Origin: Candidatus Bathyarchaeota archaeon
GTDB lineage: Archaea > Thermoproteota > Bathyarchaeia > 40CM-2-53-6 > RBG-13-38-9
DNA length: 64,000 bases
Direction of reading: 5' to 3'
NCBI GenBank assembly: GCA_963807605.1
Contig: CAWECG010000003.1
Coordinates: 103,243-167,242 of the forward strand
This document shows, piece by piece, positions 62,585 to 64,000 of the stretch; the first letter of the stretch is position 1, and each line of letters opens with the position of its first letter. The notes beneath the pieces were generated by a model, which worked only from the letters and a program-made list of their open reading frames with translations, had not been told where the DNA came from and made no database searches. A program made the translations under genes and the position numbers.

Positions 62585-63694
62585 CTAGATGGTCTGGAAA
62601 AGTTCAATAAACATTTTTGCGATTCTCCCGCTTTCACACTCTTCGCTGCATCTCTTCGCCGCTTCTCTAGCTTTCCTCCATTCATCTCCCTGTTCGAAAG
62701 CCTCTACCAGGCACCTCCTGAACTCTTCTTGATTGGCGTAATGGAGAACCGCGTCCTGCATCCCATACAGGAAATTTGATTCTCTAGCCGTCGCTATGCA
62801 TCCTGACCCCAAAGCGAAGTGGAGCGTGCTGGAGAGAACTGCGTGGGCATTCGTAGGTCTCTTCGGATAGAGCCACGTATCGCTTGCATGTAGATATTTG
62901 TATAGTTCGTCTCTTTCCAGAACCTCCTTCTTGAAGTTGTAGTTACAGGTCGACGGATCGAGTCCCGTTATCCTCTGGCTCTCACTTATGATGATTACCC
63001 GAAGGTTGTACTCGTCGTTTAGTTCGGACAGGACTTGGATCTCCTCTTTTTGCAGGTGCCTCCACTTCTGACCGAAGATGAGGATGATCTTGGCGTCCAG
63101 GGGAAGACTCAGCTGCTTTCTAGCCTCTTCCTTGTCCCCAGAATTCCATCCGGTGCAGGGAAAGGGTATGATATGTATCATCTCCTCAGGGTAGACCCGC
63201 GTAAGCATGTTCTTGAATCGCATGTCGAAGCAGACCAAGGCGTCCCAGTCATGCTGGTAGAATGAGGTATCCTTCGATAGCTCACTGTCATGGACCACGT
63301 GGATGGTCTTGCCTTTACGCTTGATGATATGAAATATTTTCTGCAGTTTATCCATTGGAACCATGCCTATGTCTTGAGCAACAAATATTTCATACTCATT
63401 TTCTAGGAATGGTGTTGGATCGAGAAAATTGGTTAGCTTACCGGTTCCGAAACAACGAGTCACATAGTCTTCATCCTGTCCTACGAGCGAGCGACCATGA
63501 TAATCCTTCTCTATGAAAGAGAACACTCTGAGAGGATGACCTTGCTCCACCCACCCTCTACCAACAAGTTCAGCATGAATAGAAACTCCGGAGGTCTGAT
63601 TCCACGCAGCCATCATACCTATCTTCATGGTTGGGATCACTGCCAGCATATCCAAGATGATCCTCAACCCGTTCTTCAAGTATTCGCTGTTCAA
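62585..63694 (-). CDS. GT-B-fold glycosyltransferase-like protein (paralogue 2)
   Basis: Collinear with paralogue 1 (MKIGMMAAWNQTSGVSIHAELVGRGW..., LYKYLHASDTWLY...SSTLHFALGSGCIATA). The true start may be the internal MKIGMM. Confidence 0.6.
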   Translation of the reverse strand: MNSEYLKNGLRIILDMLAVIPTMKIGMMAAWNQTSGVSIHAELVGRGWVEQGHPLRVFSFIEKDYHGRSLVGQDEDYVTRCFGTGKLTNFLDPTPFLENEYEIFVAQDIGMVPMDKLQKIFHIIKRKGKTIHVVHDSELSKDTSFYQHDWDALVCFDMRFKNMLTRVYPEEMIHIIPFPCTGWNSGDKEEARKQLSLPLDAKIILIFGQKWRHLQKEEIQVLSELNDEYNLRVIIISESQRITGLDPSTCNYNFKKEVLERDELYKYLHASDTWLYPKRPTNAHAVLSSTLHFALGSGCIATARESNFLYGMQDAVLHYANQEEFRRCLVEAFEQGDEWRKAREAAKRCSEECESGRIAKMFIELFQTI

Positions 63695-63942
63695 ATGGTG
63701 GTCTGAGGGTAAGGGACATGGCTTGAGGACGATACAAAACCAATCCTGAAGCCATCTAATGCTATTCCGAAGTATTGGTCATAATGCTCTGGATTCAAAA
63801 CTTTCGCTCATTAGCAGACATGAGTTTGGTCCACATCACACCAATCTTCTTTTTCAGAGATAATTGACTGGAGAAGTCGGCTGCCAATACTCTACCTCCG
63901 AGGTTCAGCTGCTTATTTTGGGATCAAGGAACATGATTTCAA

Positions 63943-63953
63943 AGCGCGCGCTA
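63943..63953. repeat. alternating-GC palindrome AGCGCGCGCTA
   Basis: Read directly from the sequence. The CTA at 63951-63953 would be the TAG stop of a minus-strand frame that is open to the window end (only 15 codons visible). Confidence 0.85.
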
Positions 63954-64000
63954 CCCGTGCTTTATCGAGCGACCGTATCCCGTCAAACTCTTGCTCACTA

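Noticed and set aside
1-64000. CRISPR arrays, rRNA genes, and cas or known defence-system genes.
   Set aside because: No regularly spaced direct repeats of 24-40 bp were seen; the only tandem repeat is the coding 15-mer at 30148-30327. No rRNA-like conserved blocks were seen. No Cas, restriction-modification, toxin-antitoxin or Argonaute-type motifs were recognised apart from TnpB.

Overview
Archaeal chromosomal segment. Lineage markers are Top6B, Alba, aIF1A/aIF2-beta/aEF1-beta, a CdvB/ESCRT-III homologue, Cdc48 and a PEF-CTERM surface protein, which together point to a TACK-type archaeon; I cannot assign the lineage more precisely from sequence alone.

Layout:
- 1-21.6 kb: housekeeping genes. 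These include the eIF1A-Rio1-KH(Dim2) operon, aIF2-beta, MetRS, a DapA-Fae fusion, Alba, the COG1900/NIL-ferredoxin/COG2122 homocysteine-sulfur cluster, TrpB2, CdvB and an M29 aminopeptidase.
- 21.7-27.3 kb: a small accessory patch with an IS630 element, a TnpB-only IS200/IS605-type element, two SAM methyltransferases and wHTH/DUF3102-like genes.
- 27.4-50.8 kb: an unusually dense phosphate/polyphosphate supercluster. It holds PiT+DUF47, PPK2, ArsC-like, Ppx, a CYTH - PPK1 - CHAD/metallophosphoesterase/HD operon, pstS-(wHTH)-pstC-pstA, pstB-phoU and an AbrB-PhoU regulator. It is interrupted by a 1120-aa PEF-CTERM S-layer-like protein.
- 51-59 kb: housekeeping genes (CooT-like, Zn-ribbon + aEF1-beta, Cdc48, an HhH-GPD-like protein, an ABC-2 exporter).
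- 59-64 kb: a decayed/accessory end with an IS4/IS5-type IS, a pfk remnant and two tandem GT-B glycosyltransferase paralogues.

Most notable non-gene signal: short alternating-GC palindromes of the form TAG(CG)nCTA lie almost exclusively in intergenic DNA. Many sit just after stop codons, and one served as an IS target.

No rRNA, convincing tRNA or CRISPR array was seen. All homology calls rest on my recognition of motifs in the translated ORFs; no database search was run.
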